IMG/VR virus record: IMGVR_UViG_3300044712_000496
Span: 330 to 64,329 of that record
Source of the DNA: a virus
Taxonomy: Duplodnaviria > Caudoviricetes
DNA length: 64,000 bases
Direction: 5' to 3' (one strand)
In this document: piece after piece, positions 1-9,687 of the stretch
How positions within the stretch are numbered: the first letter of the stretch is position 1
How the letters are laid out: each line of letters starts with the position of its first letter
Program-made: the position numbers and the translations under genes
The notes under the pieces: generated by a model
The model's database searches: none
What the model saw: only the letters and a program-made list of their open reading frames with translations
Told to the model about the DNA's origin: nothing

Positions 1-54
1 CCAAAAAAATTCAACCCTCCGCTCACCCCCCATACACAAAACCACAAAAAGTTC

Positions 55-83
55 TTGACATTTATTCAAACCCCGGTTATAAT
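55..83 (+). promoter_or_regulatory. Consensus sigma70 promoter
   Basis: TTGACA(55-60)-17 bp-TATAAT(78-83). ATG at 90 sits at the expected +1. Confidence 0.85.
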
Positions 84-89
84 ACGACC

Positions 90-206
90 ATGAATAAAAC
101 GCCCAACAACGACCCCTTCCCGCTCATAGGTCTCATACTCCTGGCGCTCCTGGCCATCGCCTGTGGGATCGAGATGCTTACACCCTTATTGGAGATCTTA
201 AAATGA
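90..206 (+). CDS. Small membrane protein (38 aa), probably leaderless
   Basis: Manual translation MNKTPNNDPFPLIGLILLALLAIACGIEMLTPLLEILK; ATGA overlap with the next gene. Confidence 0.55.
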   Translation: MNKTPNNDPFPLIGLILLALLAIACGIEMLTPLLEILK

Positions 207-436
207 AAAGCCTGTTCCGAAAAATAGCCCTTCTCCCCTGCCGTTGGGGGTTCCACAGATGGAGCCACTTCATGAAGTCCTTCGGGGGTCTCTGTTTCTT
301 CATGCGGGAGTGCGAGAGATGCGGTAGGGAAGAGGTCCACAAACACCGTGGGGACACCTGGAGAGACTCCAGCATCCCTTTGAACTACTCCTGGGAACAG
401 GAGATCTTTGACAAGGCACAAAGGAGTGAGGAGTGA
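203..436 (+). CDS. Hypothetical protein with C-x3-H ... CxxC Zn-ribbon motif
   Basis: LPCRWGFHRW...ECERCG; translationally coupled to neighbours. Confidence 0.6.
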   Translation: MKSLFRKIALLPCRWGFHRWSHFMKSFGGLCFFMRECERCGREEVHKHRGDTWRDSSIPLNYSWEQEIFDKAQRSEE

Positions 437-834
437 AACTAAACGGCAAGATAACCATACTGTTCAATGAAGAGGGGTTGAAGATCGAAGTCATGGACAC
501 CGCCTCGCGTATCGAGTTTTTGGAGATCCAGTTGACCCAGGAACAGACCTGCGAGGCTCTAGCCCGTATAGCCAATACTCCCTGCGAGCTGGAAGTCCGG
601 GGGCTGGAGAATGTAGGTAAGAAGCGGGAGCATAAGCCTTTTGAGTTTGCGCTCCCTGAAGACACCATCTACCACAACAAGAAGGAGAAAGCCACAGCCA
701 CGGCAAACTTGCTGTGTCCTGATGGATGGGTTGCAGCAACTTATTTCAATTCCCAGGATTCTTTCTTCGACCGAGGTGGCAAACCGTGGGCGAGGACTAA
801 TATATTCAGGTTCATAGAGACGGGGGAGGACTGA
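433..834 (+). CDS. Hypothetical phage protein
   Basis: 133-aa ORF with GGAG RBS, coupled to neighbours. Confidence 0.7.
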   Translation: MKLNGKITILFNEEGLKIEVMDTASRIEFLEIQLTQEQTCEALARIANTPCELEVRGLENVGKKREHKPFEFALPEDTIYHNKKEKATATANLLCPDGWVAATYFNSQDSFFDRGGKPWARTNIFRFIETGED

Positions 835-986
835 TGGAGAAACAGGAAAAAATGACCCGCGTGGACGCGATGATCTCCGCCCCCTTGAAGGAGAGAGCCA
901 AAGTCGTCGCCGCTAAGAAATGGATGACGCTCTCCGAAGTGATGCGAGTGGCACTCGAAGAGTATGTGACGAGGAACGGGGGTTGA
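834..986 (+). CDS. Ribbon-helix-helix (CopG/Arc-like) regulator, 50 aa
   Basis: Manual translation MEKQEKMTRVDAMISAPLKERAKVVAAKKWMTLSEVMRVALEEYV shows the RHH pattern; not in the ORF track. Confidence 0.7.
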   Translation: MEKQEKMTRVDAMISAPLKERAKVVAAKKWMTLSEVMRVALEEYVTRNGG

Positions 987-987
987 G

Positions 988-1224
988 ATGGTGCAAAAGA
1001 TAGAGGATGTGAAGATGGTGGAAGTGGGCGTGCTTGGCACCCTTGGTGAGCCCTCGTTGGTTGTATATGCCTACCGAGGCACGAAGAGCGGTAAGTTTTA
1101 TGGCCTTTTTGTTGATCATCGTGAAGCAGGCGATGACAGGAAGCCCCGCAGAATTATGTTCGACGATATAGACAGGCTGCAACAAATTGCCTTTGAATTT
1201 AGCGCAAAGGACGCCCGAGGTTAA
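988..1224 (+). CDS. Hypothetical protein
   Basis: 78-aa ORF in operon context. Confidence 0.6.
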   Translation: MVQKIEDVKMVEVGVLGTLGEPSLVVYAYRGTKSGKFYGLFVDHREAGDDRKPRRIMFDDIDRLQQIAFEFSAKDARG

Positions 1225-1225
1225 G

Positions 1226-1591
1226 ATGACTTCCATCTACCTGAAGTTCGATGTCCCGATCTACGAGGCCAAGGTTTACATCATCGTGGCGGACGACTTC
1301 GGCGCCGAGTCTCAGACCCGGCGTTGGGCGAGTATCTTCGAGGACGCCGTTTTCACCGTCAGTGACATCGCTACTTGTGCTTATCATGGGAACGTCACAG
1401 CCCTCCTTCTCAATCCCAAGTACATCAACATGAACACCTTGGCTCATGAGATACTTCATCTGACATTCCGCATCTTAGAGTGGAGGGAGATCAGAGTAAA
1501 CAACGACAACCAGGAACCAGCAGCATATCTCAACGGTTGGCTCTGGGAGCGCATCGAGAAGGTTCTAAAGAAACGGGGGTTTTTGAAGTGA
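1226..1591 (+). CDS. Small HExxH zincin-like phage protein
   Basis: LAHEILHLTF...QEPAAYL; start reassigned to ATG 1226 after GAGG. Confidence 0.65.
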   Translation: MTSIYLKFDVPIYEAKVYIIVADDFGAESQTRRWASIFEDAVFTVSDIATCAYHGNVTALLLNPKYINMNTLAHEILHLTFRILEWREIRVNNDNQEPAAYLNGWLWERIEKVLKKRGFLK

Positions 1592-1664
1592 GGCTTCCGG
1601 GAGATTCTTTGATTTTCAACTGCCACAAAAAGAGTGTCTAATTATTCAAACTCCGGTAATTATC

Positions 1665-1693
1665 TTGACAAAACTCAATATTGATGGTAATAT
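1665..1693 (+). promoter_or_regulatory. Sigma70-like promoter for the morphogenesis operon
   Basis: TTGACA-17 bp-TAATAT with upstream TG. Confidence 0.7.
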
Positions 1694-1732
1694 AGGCAAG
1701 ACTGGACAGGTGTATCGACAAAGGGGGTTCAC

Positions 1733-2248
1733 ATGCTCGGGAAGGTTTTAGTGGTCGTCATTTTTTCGTTCCTTCTCTTCGGTTGCGCAGGGATGCCAAT
1801 TCAGGGTCCGTCTCTCTCGGATAATAATGAAAAACTAGGGTGGATAGGCACTCTGGCTGACAAGCTCGGGGATACGATAAGGGCCGATGCGAATGGGGCG
1901 ATCGACTTCTGCAACAGCGTAGACGCCAAGAGCGACCCCATGAGCCGGCTACAGTGTCCGGTCTGCGCACAGGCGACGCTGATCCTGGTTGACAAGGCGG
2001 AAGCCGCTCGGGGGAAAGCGAAAACGGCGTTGCAACAGCTCCAGTTGCTTGGCGGCGACGGGCTGCACGTCATCAAGACCGCTACCATGTTCAAGTATGG
2101 CGCGGGTAAAGACCCCCAGGCGTGGTTCAACGACACTTATGACGAGCTTCTGAGCGACGCGATAAGCTGGAGAAACGCCTGTGCCACGCTTCTGCCGGAG
2201 AAAGAGATGGTCAAACTGGGTATCTCGGGGGCCATGAGCATACGGTGA
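1733..2248 (+). CDS. Lipoprotein
   Basis: Hydrophobic N-terminus with lipobox LLFG-C; several further Cys. Confidence 0.7.
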   Translation: MLGKVLVVVIFSFLLFGCAGMPIQGPSLSDNNEKLGWIGTLADKLGDTIRADANGAIDFCNSVDAKSDPMSRLQCPVCAQATLILVDKAEAARGKAKTALQQLQLLGGDGLHVIKTATMFKYGAGKDPQAWFNDTYDELLSDAISWRNACATLLPEKEMVKLGISGAMSIR

Positions 2249-2251
2249 TCT

Positions 2252-2755
2252 ATGAGCGACCTGTTCGGCCTTGACAGTTTGGGTGTAGAGACTCCTCCAG
2301 CGCTTGAAGTTGAGGAAGAACCCGACTTTTTTGCGCTTTCGTTGGCGCCTCGGGCCGACATTACCGACGTTCCCGCCGGCTCCGATCCATGGCCTCCGAG
2401 TTTTCCCCTCGACATAGCTCTAGGAGCCGAGGACGAGGACAAGATACTGCTCCGGCACGGGGTCTCCCAGGCGAGGTACGAGGATCTGAAGGTCATGCCG
2501 GTGTTCCGCAGGGCTCTGGCCGAGGCGCAGAAGGAGATAGCCGACAAGGGTTATTCGTTCAAGGTCAAGTGCCGGCACATGGCCGAGGATTTCCTGGCGC
2601 AACTCTACAAGGACTTTTTTGGGGACCGGGCGACACTGGCCCAGAGGCATGAGGTCTTCAAAACGACGGCACGGCTCGGGGAGCTGGAGCCTAAAGACGT
2701 TAAAGACGGTCCTGCGGGGGGAGTCCCGCAGGTGAACATTCAGATAAACCTGTAA
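2252..2755 (+). CDS. Putative terminase small subunit
   Basis: Helical protein (FPLDIALG...ILLRHGVS...) ending in a VNIQINL beta tail typical of TerS. Confidence 0.55.
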   Translation: MSDLFGLDSLGVETPPALEVEEEPDFFALSLAPRADITDVPAGSDPWPPSFPLDIALGAEDEDKILLRHGVSQARYEDLKVMPVFRRALAEAQKEIADKGYSFKVKCRHMAEDFLAQLYKDFFGDRATLAQRHEVFKTTARLGELEPKDVKDGPAGGVPQVNIQINL

Positions 2756-2771
2756 TTCAAGGGGGTTCGAT

Positions 2772-3116
2772 ATGAGGTACGTTCTGTTTTCGCTGTTTTT
2801 GATCCTGGCCTTCGCCGGGGTGTCCTGCGCTGCGGCGACCGATGTGACTGTAACCATTACCGGCACGGCTAATATCCGGGTTGCCAAGATGTATAACAAG
2901 ACGAAGTACGACCAGAATCGGATCATCATGCCGGGGGTTCCGGTGATCGACGCCATCGAGGTTCATGCGGTCACGACTACCTGGACATTCAGCAATTCAG
3001 GTCTCGCGTTCTGGGAGATCTACTCCCCGGTTGATGCCTATGTGTACATCGGCAATGACCTTACGAATGGGTGGTACATACCGGCTGGCGGGACTCTCGG
3101 GAGCGGCGTGAGATAA
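2772..3116 (+). CDS. Signal-peptide-bearing small beta-rich protein
   Basis: MRYVLFSLFLILAFAGVSCA-A Sec-type leader. Confidence 0.65.
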   Translation: MRYVLFSLFLILAFAGVSCAAATDVTVTITGTANIRVAKMYNKTKYDQNRIIMPGVPVIDAIEVHAVTTTWTFSNSGLAFWEIYSPVDAYVYIGNDLTNGWYIPAGGTLGSGVR

Positions 3117-3132
3117 GAGGAGGATAACTTTT

Positions 3133-6100
3133 ATGAAATGGACATTCAATGCGGTTTTGTGGGGTGTGATCCTTCTCTGTTCCGGTATATCCTACGGGAT
3201 GGACTTCAATTTTGTGGGTAGCGGCAACGGGGGTGGATCCTCGTCGCTTCAGTCTTATACGGTGGCGACTCTGCCAACAGGTGTGGTTGGCAGAATGGTG
3301 TACGTCACTGACGGAGCGAGTTCGTCCGATTGTAGTGTGGGTCTTGGGACCACTCTAGTTCCTTGTATTTTTAACGGTGCTGCTTATGTCTCCATCGGCG
3401 TAGCGGGGGCATCCACTGTTTCGGATGCGGCATACGACGCTACCGGGTGGAACGGCGACACTACAAACTCGCCGAGCAAGAATGCCATCCGGGATAAGCT
3501 AGAGGCTCTGAATACTGCCTTGCTCGCATCCTCGCTTCAAAACTCCCTTTTCAATGCGCACACGGTCTTGGCTGCGACAACCGACGATACCCCGGCGGCT
3601 TTAACCGTTGGGGAGCAAACAGTAGTCGGCAGGGCGACAGGCGGGAATATTGCAGCCCTTTCTATTGATTCGGACCTCTCTTCAGTTTCGGCCAACGATG
3701 ATACTGTACCAAGCGCAAAAGCGGTAAAAGCCGTGACAGATACACTTGTCACAAAGGCTTTATATGACGCTAACACCATTCTCTACGCAACCACTGACAA
3801 CACCCCTGCCGCACTGACTGTTGCGGAGGACAAACTGGTGGGTCGGGCAACGGGTGGCAATATCGCGGGCATAGGGCTCGGAACGGGTCTTTCTATCACT
3901 GGCGGCAACCTGACTATTGGTACTCTCAATCAGAATACCTCCGGCAACGCGGCAACGGCAACGGCTCTTGCGGCGGACCCCGCAGGATGCACGAACCAAT
4001 TCACCAGGGATATCAACGCTTCCGGCACGGCCACCTGCGCCAGTGTAGCGGCGGCTGACATCACGACCAACACTATTACTGCAACTCAACTCGCAGCGGC
4101 ACTTACTTTCGCCGACGGTGATTTTCTCGACCTCTCCGCCATTACCATGAGCGGAACCAATGACGAGGGGATTGCGATACCTTATTGGGCGAACACCACT
4201 CCTACGAACGGGGCGACCAAACGCTTCCTCACCTGGGACGAGAGTTCTGGGGTCATCAAGATTTACACTGCATCGGGGTGGGTGACAATCAACCCGAGTT
4301 CCGGGGCGCCGACCGATGCGCCCTATCTTGTTGTAGGTTCCTTGAGTGCCTCTCTAAGCGGGGAGCGTCTCATGACCGAGGGACTGGCCATTGACTTCAC
4401 AGACGCGGGGGCGAACGGCAACTTCACCATAGCCTTCGATCCCACCGAGCTGACTGGTGACAGGACTTGGGCGGCTGGCGGAGCGGCCACTACCACCTGG
4501 ACATGGGACGTTTCCACTGGGGCAGATCCTACTCTCGCATTTGGTAACGGGTTGATCTCCACCAATTCCTCGTTCACGGTAGCGACAGGGAAGAACATCA
4601 CGGTAGGGACTACCCAGTGGAACAGCGGGGACTCAATAGATGGGACCAAGGTAGCGAACGCCGATCTCGGCGCGGTGTCTGTCTCCAGCGGTGTATGGTC
4701 TCTGGACAATGGGACCGTGGCTGCGGCTAAACTGGCTGATGCCGACTTCGGGCCTTTTACCGTGGCCTCCGGGGTAGTAACCATAGATGCCGACTCCATC
4801 AACGACACCCATATAGACTGGGGGACCGGGGCGAATCAGGTCAGCATGGATGACATCCCGAATGGCTCCAGTTTCGAGAAGGTTGCTGCTGCGGATGTGG
4901 ACAGCAACGGCCATGTGAATGTCTTCCAGGACTCGGACGGAACCGGGTCGATCTCTGTGACCGGGCTCACGGCGGCTAGGGCAAAAACCGTTAGGGACGC
5001 AGCGGATACTCTCCTCGAACTTGGTGGGTCTTATACCCCGACTGGCACTTGGAACTGGACAAGTGCAACTGTCACATGGCCGACAAGCCTCAATGCCCTG
5101 AATAGCACAACCTCGGCTGCGAACATGCTCCCCTACTACACCGGGAGCGGCACGGCTTCCACCACTTCTCTGACTGCTTTCGGACGTTCCTTGATTGACG
5201 ACGCGGACGCTTCAACTGCGAGAACCACCCTCGGGCTCGCCATAGGCACGGACGTACAGGCTTACAACGCCGCGCTCGCTTCCATCGCGGGGCTTACTGA
5301 GACAGCCGGGGGAACCCCGTACTTCACAGCATCGAATACATGGGCTGTCCTTGCTGCGGGATCCGCAGGGCAGATTTCGAGGTTCGGCGCTTCCACCGCC
5401 CCCACATGGTCAACCTTCACTATCCCCGATACCATCGCCCTCGGTTCCGTGTTCGCGGCAAACAGCCTCAACACCCTCACGGCGATCACTTCCACTAGTG
5501 GCACCAAGTTCCTCCAGAATGCGGACGGCGTGATCTCATGGCAGACCGGCGTTGGTACTATTGGGGGTTCTACAGGTTCAACAGACAACGCCCTGCTCAC
5601 AGCGAATGGCACAGGTGGAAGCACCCTACAAGCGAACAGTTCTACATCTACCCTCTCCGATGCAGGGCTTTTGACTGTCCCGACCCTTTCTTCCGGGGCT
5701 GGTGGCTTTACGGTTGACGCCGATGGGGATGTGGTTGCGAAATCCATAACTATCAGCAAGGTAAGCGGCTTAGCCGGCATCCTTAGTCTCTATGAGGCGA
5801 ACTCCACCGATATGGACTATTCCGGCAGGATCGGCCCGAGTTCTATAACCGCCAACACCTCCTACCTCTTGCGGGATCCGAATGCAAGGGCGACTTCCGG
5901 TAACATGGTGCTTGCCTATACCAACAGCGGGGAGTCCGGTTCCGGCACTCCTGCGGATCCTTACATTCAGGTGGGGTCGTGGGCAGATCTCGATGACTAT
6001 GTGGCAAAAGCCGGGGCTACTATGACCGGCAAACTCACAGCCGTCAATTCTGGAACTTCTTCTGGCTTGAACGTAGGTTATTGGGCATCTCCTCCAGCTT

Positions 6101-7200
6101 CTCCTGTAAATGGTGACTGTTGGACAACCGCTTCAGGTGCCTACTGTCAGATCAACGGCTCGACTGTGGGCCCCTTTGGAGCTGCTGGCGCGGCTGGAAA
6201 CTTCGACACTATCGGGACCGGCACGAATACCACGGCCACTATGACCGTAGGCGCAGGGGCTTCCGTTGTTCCGACTTCTACCGGCATTATCGAGGCGACC
6301 CGTATCTATGCGGCGGCTGATACCCCCGCTACTAAGTACATCACATTCACGGGCGTCTCGGCGGCAAGGGCAAAAACTGTAAGAGACGCGGCAGATACCA
6401 TCCTGGAACTCGGTGGCTCCTATACTCCGACCGGGACATGGACAAACATGGTTCTTGCCGCTCCTAACCTCGGCACCCCTTCCGCTCTTACCCTTACAAA
6501 TGCAACGGGCTTGCCGATAGCTGGTCTTACAGCATCGACTTCAACAGCTTTGGGAGTTGGTTCTATTGAACTCGGTCATGCTTCGGATACCACGTTGGCA
6601 AGGGTGGGCGCAGGGCAAATATCAGTTGAGGGCGTGAATGTTGTGACTACCTCTTCAACTGACACACTCACCAACAAGACCCTTACGACTCCGGTTGTTG
6701 GCAATGGCGCAACTTCGGCAGGTTATATCGAGTTTAGAGAGGACACCGACAACGGGACGAACTATGTTCGCCTTGCCCCTGCCGAATCTCTTGCGGGGGA
6801 CTACAATGTTGTTCTCCCCAGTGCATCGACTACCCTTATCGGCAAGAATACCCCGATTACCCAATGTGCCGTAATCCCGGCAGCGGCAGCCACGGATGAT
6901 TTGCCGATCTTCAAAGCTCCAGCGGCGTTAACTATCGTCGCAAGTTCCATTCATGTTTACGCCATCGGCGGGACGAACGTAGTCGGTGGACTGGATGAGT
7001 GTACTGGAACCAATGGCGTTTGTTCAAGCGTAACGGCTGTTGACGCTGACATTACCGGCACGGCTGGTAGCGATGTTGCCGATGATGGGAGTTTAACAAA
7101 TGGCGGGATTGCAAGCGGCAACTGGATTCAATGGCATACAACAAGTGTGAGTGGCACAAATACAAGTCTGTCAGTGTGCTTCTCCTACACGCTGGATTAA
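3133..7200 (+). CDS. Long tail-fibre/adhesin-like protein (1355 aa) with N-terminal signal peptide
   Basis: G/T/S/A-rich; fibre-type motifs LTAFGRSLIDDADASTARTTLGL, LGTPSALTLTNATGLP and TDTLTNKTLTTP; internal repeats. Confidence 0.75.
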   Translation: MKWTFNAVLWGVILLCSGISYGMDFNFVGSGNGGGSSSLQSYTVATLPTGVVGRMVYVTDGASSSDCSVGLGTTLVPCIFNGAAYVSIGVAGASTVSDAAYDATGWNGDTTNSPSKNAIRDKLEALNTALLASSLQNSLFNAHTVLAATTDDTPAALTVGEQTVVGRATGGNIAALSIDSDLSSVSANDDTVPSAKAVKAVTDTLVTKALYDANTILYATTDNTPAALTVAEDKLVGRATGGNIAGIGLGTGLSITGGNLTIGTLNQNTSGNAATATALAADPAGCTNQFTRDINASGTATCASVAAADITTNTITATQLAAALTFADGDFLDLSAITMSGTNDEGIAIPYWANTTPTNGATKRFLTWDESSGVIKIYTASGWVTINPSSGAPTDAPYLVVGSLSASLSGERLMTEGLAIDFTDAGANGNFTIAFDPTELTGDRTWAAGGAATTTWTWDVSTGADPTLAFGNGLISTNSSFTVATGKNITVGTTQWNSGDSIDGTKVANADLGAVSVSSGVWSLDNGTVAAAKLADADFGPFTVASGVVTIDADSINDTHIDWGTGANQVSMDDIPNGSSFEKVAAADVDSNGHVNVFQDSDGTGSISVTGLTAARAKTVRDAADTLLELGGSYTPTGTWNWTSATVTWPTSLNALNSTTSAANMLPYYTGSGTASTTSLTAFGRSLIDDADASTARTTLGLAIGTDVQAYNAALASIAGLTETAGGTPYFTASNTWAVLAAGSAGQISRFGASTAPTWSTFTIPDTIALGSVFAANSLNTLTAITSTSGTKFLQNADGVISWQTGVGTIGGSTGSTDNALLTANGTGGSTLQANSSTSTLSDAGLLTVPTLSSGAGGFTVDADGDVVAKSITISKVSGLAGILSLYEANSTDMDYSGRIGPSSITANTSYLLRDPNARATSGNMVLAYTNSGESGSGTPADPYIQVGSWADLDDYVAKAGATMTGKLTAVNSGTSSGLNVGYWASPPASPVNGDCWTTASGAYCQINGSTVGPFGAAGAAGNFDTIGTGTNTTATMTVGAGASVVPTSTGIIEATRIYAAADTPATKYITFTGVSAARAKTVRDAADTILELGGSYTPTGTWTNMVLAAPNLGTPSALTLTNATGLPIAGLTASTSTALGVGSIELGHASDTTLARVGAGQISVEGVNVVTTSSTDTLTNKTLTTPVVGNGATSAGYIEFREDTDNGTNYVRLAPAESLAGDYNVVLPSASTTLIGKNTPITQCAVIPAAAATDDLPIFKAPAALTIVASSIHVYAIGGTNVVGGLDECTGTNGVCSSVTAVDADITGTAGSDVADDGSLTNGGIASGNWIQWHTTSVSGTNTSLSVCFSYTLD
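4960..6440 (+). repeat. Intragenic duplication of a ~30-aa module (copies at ~4960-5052 and ~6348-6440)
   Basis: TGLTAARAKTVRDAADTLLELGGSYTPTGTW vs TGVSAARAKTVRDAADTILELGGSYTPTGTW. A second repeat pair (TTD[DN]TPAALTV...VGRATGGNIA) lies at ~3577-3655 and ~3790-3867. Confidence 0.9.
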
Positions 7201-7212
7201 GGAGGGTGGGAT

Positions 7213-7791
7213 ATGTTACAGAAAATCATAATCAATGCCCTTCTATTGATATTTACATGGGTGGGCGTAGCATCTGCCGGGGGGATTGTCGTTGCGAAGA
7301 AAAAGGCGGCGGGTGCCGACTATACCGCCACGGTTGCAAAAGTCTATCTACGTGATGATAGCGGTGTTCACCAGAGTTTCAGAATCGCTGTCTATAATAG
7401 TGCGGGCACTAGGATAGCCGAATCCGACACGGGGACTACTGTAAGCGCAGATGGAACTCGGTCTGTATCGTTCTCTTCCCCTCCAACCTTGTCATCAGCG
7501 GGAACGTATTACATCTCGCTATACGGCACAGGCAGCATCGACAACTATTCCGATGCAGGTGCGTGGCGGCAGCAATACACCACAGTGACTTGGCCCGATT
7601 CTTCGTCAACCATTACTCCCGGCTCCGATTCGGGGCTTAACAGGGGTGAATATGCAATCTGGCTCGAAAATGCCTCTGGTCAAAAAATCGTAGGGGATAA
7701 CAACACGGCGGCTAAAACGACTCCATCTAATACCAGTTCGGGTAGTAACAATGTGTACCTGATAGATGGCTATACGAGGGAAACGCTGTGA
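7213..7791 (+). CDS. Signal-peptide-bearing beta-sandwich protein (putative receptor-binding accessory)
   Basis: MLQKIIINALLLIFTWVGVASA-G leader. Confidence 0.65.
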   Translation: MLQKIIINALLLIFTWVGVASAGGIVVAKKKAAGADYTATVAKVYLRDDSGVHQSFRIAVYNSAGTRIAESDTGTTVSADGTRSVSFSSPPTLSSAGTYYISLYGTGSIDNYSDAGAWRQQYTTVTWPDSSSTITPGSDSGLNRGEYAIWLENASGQKIVGDNNTAAKTTPSNTSSGSNNVYLIDGYTRETL

Positions 7792-8900
7792 AGTATATCA
7801 TCGTCCTAGCATTGGTTCTAATCCCTGCCATAGTTCAGGCGGCTCCGGCTGTTACCTCTGTCACCGGCACGGTATCAAATGCCCAATCTGTTACGATAGC
7901 AGGGAGCGATTTCGGGGCGAATGGGCCGACTGTGTTGCTGTTTGACGATTTCGAGGGGGGTAGTAATGGCAACCAGTTGGCGACAAATCTCGCCCCGTTG
8001 GGTAGTTGGGCGGGGACATACAGCGGCCAATATACGAGCTATTCCAATGCCAACAAGGTTTCCGGTAGCCTCGGCGCAAGGTTTGATATCACTACCTACA
8101 ACTCGGCCACTGAAAATCATCCTGTAATATATTTCCAGGCGGCCTCCGCTTTCGATTCGTTTTTCATCGCATATTGGTCAATGCTCCCCGCTGGCAACAC
8201 CTTCCCCGGTGACGGTTACGGGGGGGCAAATTGGAAAGAAGTCTGGGTGGCAAAGGATGATGTAGTTAACGACGCCGACCTATGCGTAATGGGTAACGGC
8301 TGGACATGGTATCACTGGTTTGGGAATGATCCGTATCATGACACCTACGACTCTCCATCATGGACATTCACAAAAGTTGCTGGAAGGTGGGACCGCTATT
8401 CGTGGTGGACAAAGGGGAGTACCTCCAACGATGGTGCCACCTCTATTTCTATCACTAATACAAATGGCACTACAACCGCATGGGAAAAAACGGGTGTTCA
8501 AACCTTAAACACAGGCGACAGCGGTAAACGAAGGCAGGTATATCTAAATGGATACGTGCGAACCACGCCTAATTCATATCCGACCTTTGATGATGTTTAT
8601 ATAGCAACGGGAGAATATGCCCAGGCAAGGGTTGAGATCGGGGACAATGCCACATATGCCAGTTGTACGAAAATGGCTCTCTGCACGACTCCTGCCGGTA
8701 CTTCAGGGTGGGGCGACACATCCATAACATGCACAGTCAGGCAGGCGTCTTTTACTGCCGGTGATACGGGATACATATTCGTAACCAAAGCGGACGGGGC
8801 ACGGAATAATACAGGCTATCCAGTCACGTTTGGCGCAAGTGCATCATCCTACAAATCCCTCAACGGCGGGGTGTCATTTACGGGAGGGTCGGTTAAATGA
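7788..8900 (+). CDS. Signal-peptide-bearing protein with Ig/IPT-like ends and a jelly-roll (lectin/lyase-like) core
   Basis: MKYIIVLALVLIPAIVQA-A; VTIAGSDFG...DDFE...WK...FDDVYI...WGDTSITCTV. Confidence 0.6.
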   Translation: MKYIIVLALVLIPAIVQAAPAVTSVTGTVSNAQSVTIAGSDFGANGPTVLLFDDFEGGSNGNQLATNLAPLGSWAGTYSGQYTSYSNANKVSGSLGARFDITTYNSATENHPVIYFQAASAFDSFFIAYWSMLPAGNTFPGDGYGGANWKEVWVAKDDVVNDADLCVMGNGWTWYHWFGNDPYHDTYDSPSWTFTKVAGRWDRYSWWTKGSTSNDGATSISITNTNGTTTAWEKTGVQTLNTGDSGKRRQVYLNGYVRTTPNSYPTFDDVYIATGEYAQARVEIGDNATYASCTKMALCTTPAGTSGWGDTSITCTVRQASFTAGDTGYIFVTKADGARNNTGYPVTFGASASSYKSLNGGVSFTGGSVK

Positions 8901-9253
8901 CGCTTGAATGCTCCCCTGAATATTTAGCGGCATCTCCTGAGGTCAGACATCAAGTGTGTAATGGTTGTGGCCCTGGTGGGTGGAAGTTTGACATTATCCC
9001 TGATAATTTATTGGGGCTTCCGATCCACGAACCTTGTGACATCCATGATTGGGATTATGCTTTTGGGTCTACTCAGGCAGATAAGGAAGCGGCTGATTCC
9101 CGTTTTTTGCGCAACATGATGGACACCATTAACAACTACAAGGGATGGACGCGAATCTTGAACCATTGGCGGCGGAAACTTGCTTTAGATTATTATGAGG
9201 CGGTGCATTTGGCAGGGGATTCAGCATTTTGGGAAAATAAGGGACCGAAATGA
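8897..9253 (+). CDS. Phospholipase A2-like / DUF1353-like phage protein
   Basis: CNGCGP...CDIHDWDY...ADSRF (HDxxY plus downstream Asp). Confidence 0.6.
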   Translation: MTLECSPEYLAASPEVRHQVCNGCGPGGWKFDIIPDNLLGLPIHEPCDIHDWDYAFGSTQADKEAADSRFLRNMMDTINNYKGWTRILNHWRRKLALDYYEAVHLAGDSAFWENKGPK

Positions 9254-9630
9254 GATACTTCTTTTTCTTGATTCTGTTTTTTCTGATTATGTCCAGGAGT
9301 GTATTTGCGACAGGAACGCCTACTATCATTACTCCTTCGCAGACTATTTTTTACAATCCGTTGGCCTTAGAGGTATCAAACAGCGACCCGACGGTCGTAG
9401 GGTGTCGATATCGGATTGGTGCTACTCCAGATCCTATTAACGGAACAGAATGCACTGGAGGGGGGGCTAACTGGACCTGCGTTGTAAGTTGCAGCCTGGG
9501 GGCGAACACGGTCTATGTCGCTTGCTATGATGGGGCCGATGTGCAGTCCAGTTCGGAGTCGGTCGTTATTTATTACTACCCTCGCTTACCCTCCCTCGGT
9601 GGAGGGCTATCAGGAGCCGCTTTAAAGTAA
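9250..9630 (+). CDS. Signal-peptide-bearing Cys-rich Ig-like protein
   Basis: MRYFFFLILFFLIMSRSVFA-T leader; 5 Cys. Confidence 0.6.
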   Translation: MRYFFFLILFFLIMSRSVFATGTPTIITPSQTIFYNPLALEVSNSDPTVVGCRYRIGATPDPINGTECTGGGANWTCVVSCSLGANTVYVACYDGADVQSSSESVVIYYYPRLPSLGGGLSGAALK

Positions 9631-9687
9631 ATTTTAATTCAAACCCCGGTAATATTTTTACCGGATTTTTCATAAAGGAGAACTGAC

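Noticed and set aside
4960-6440. Repeat pair in the fibre gene as a DGR template/variable repeat
   Set aside because: Differences are mostly synonymous and not adenine-specific, both copies are in-frame coding, and no reverse transcriptase is present in the window.
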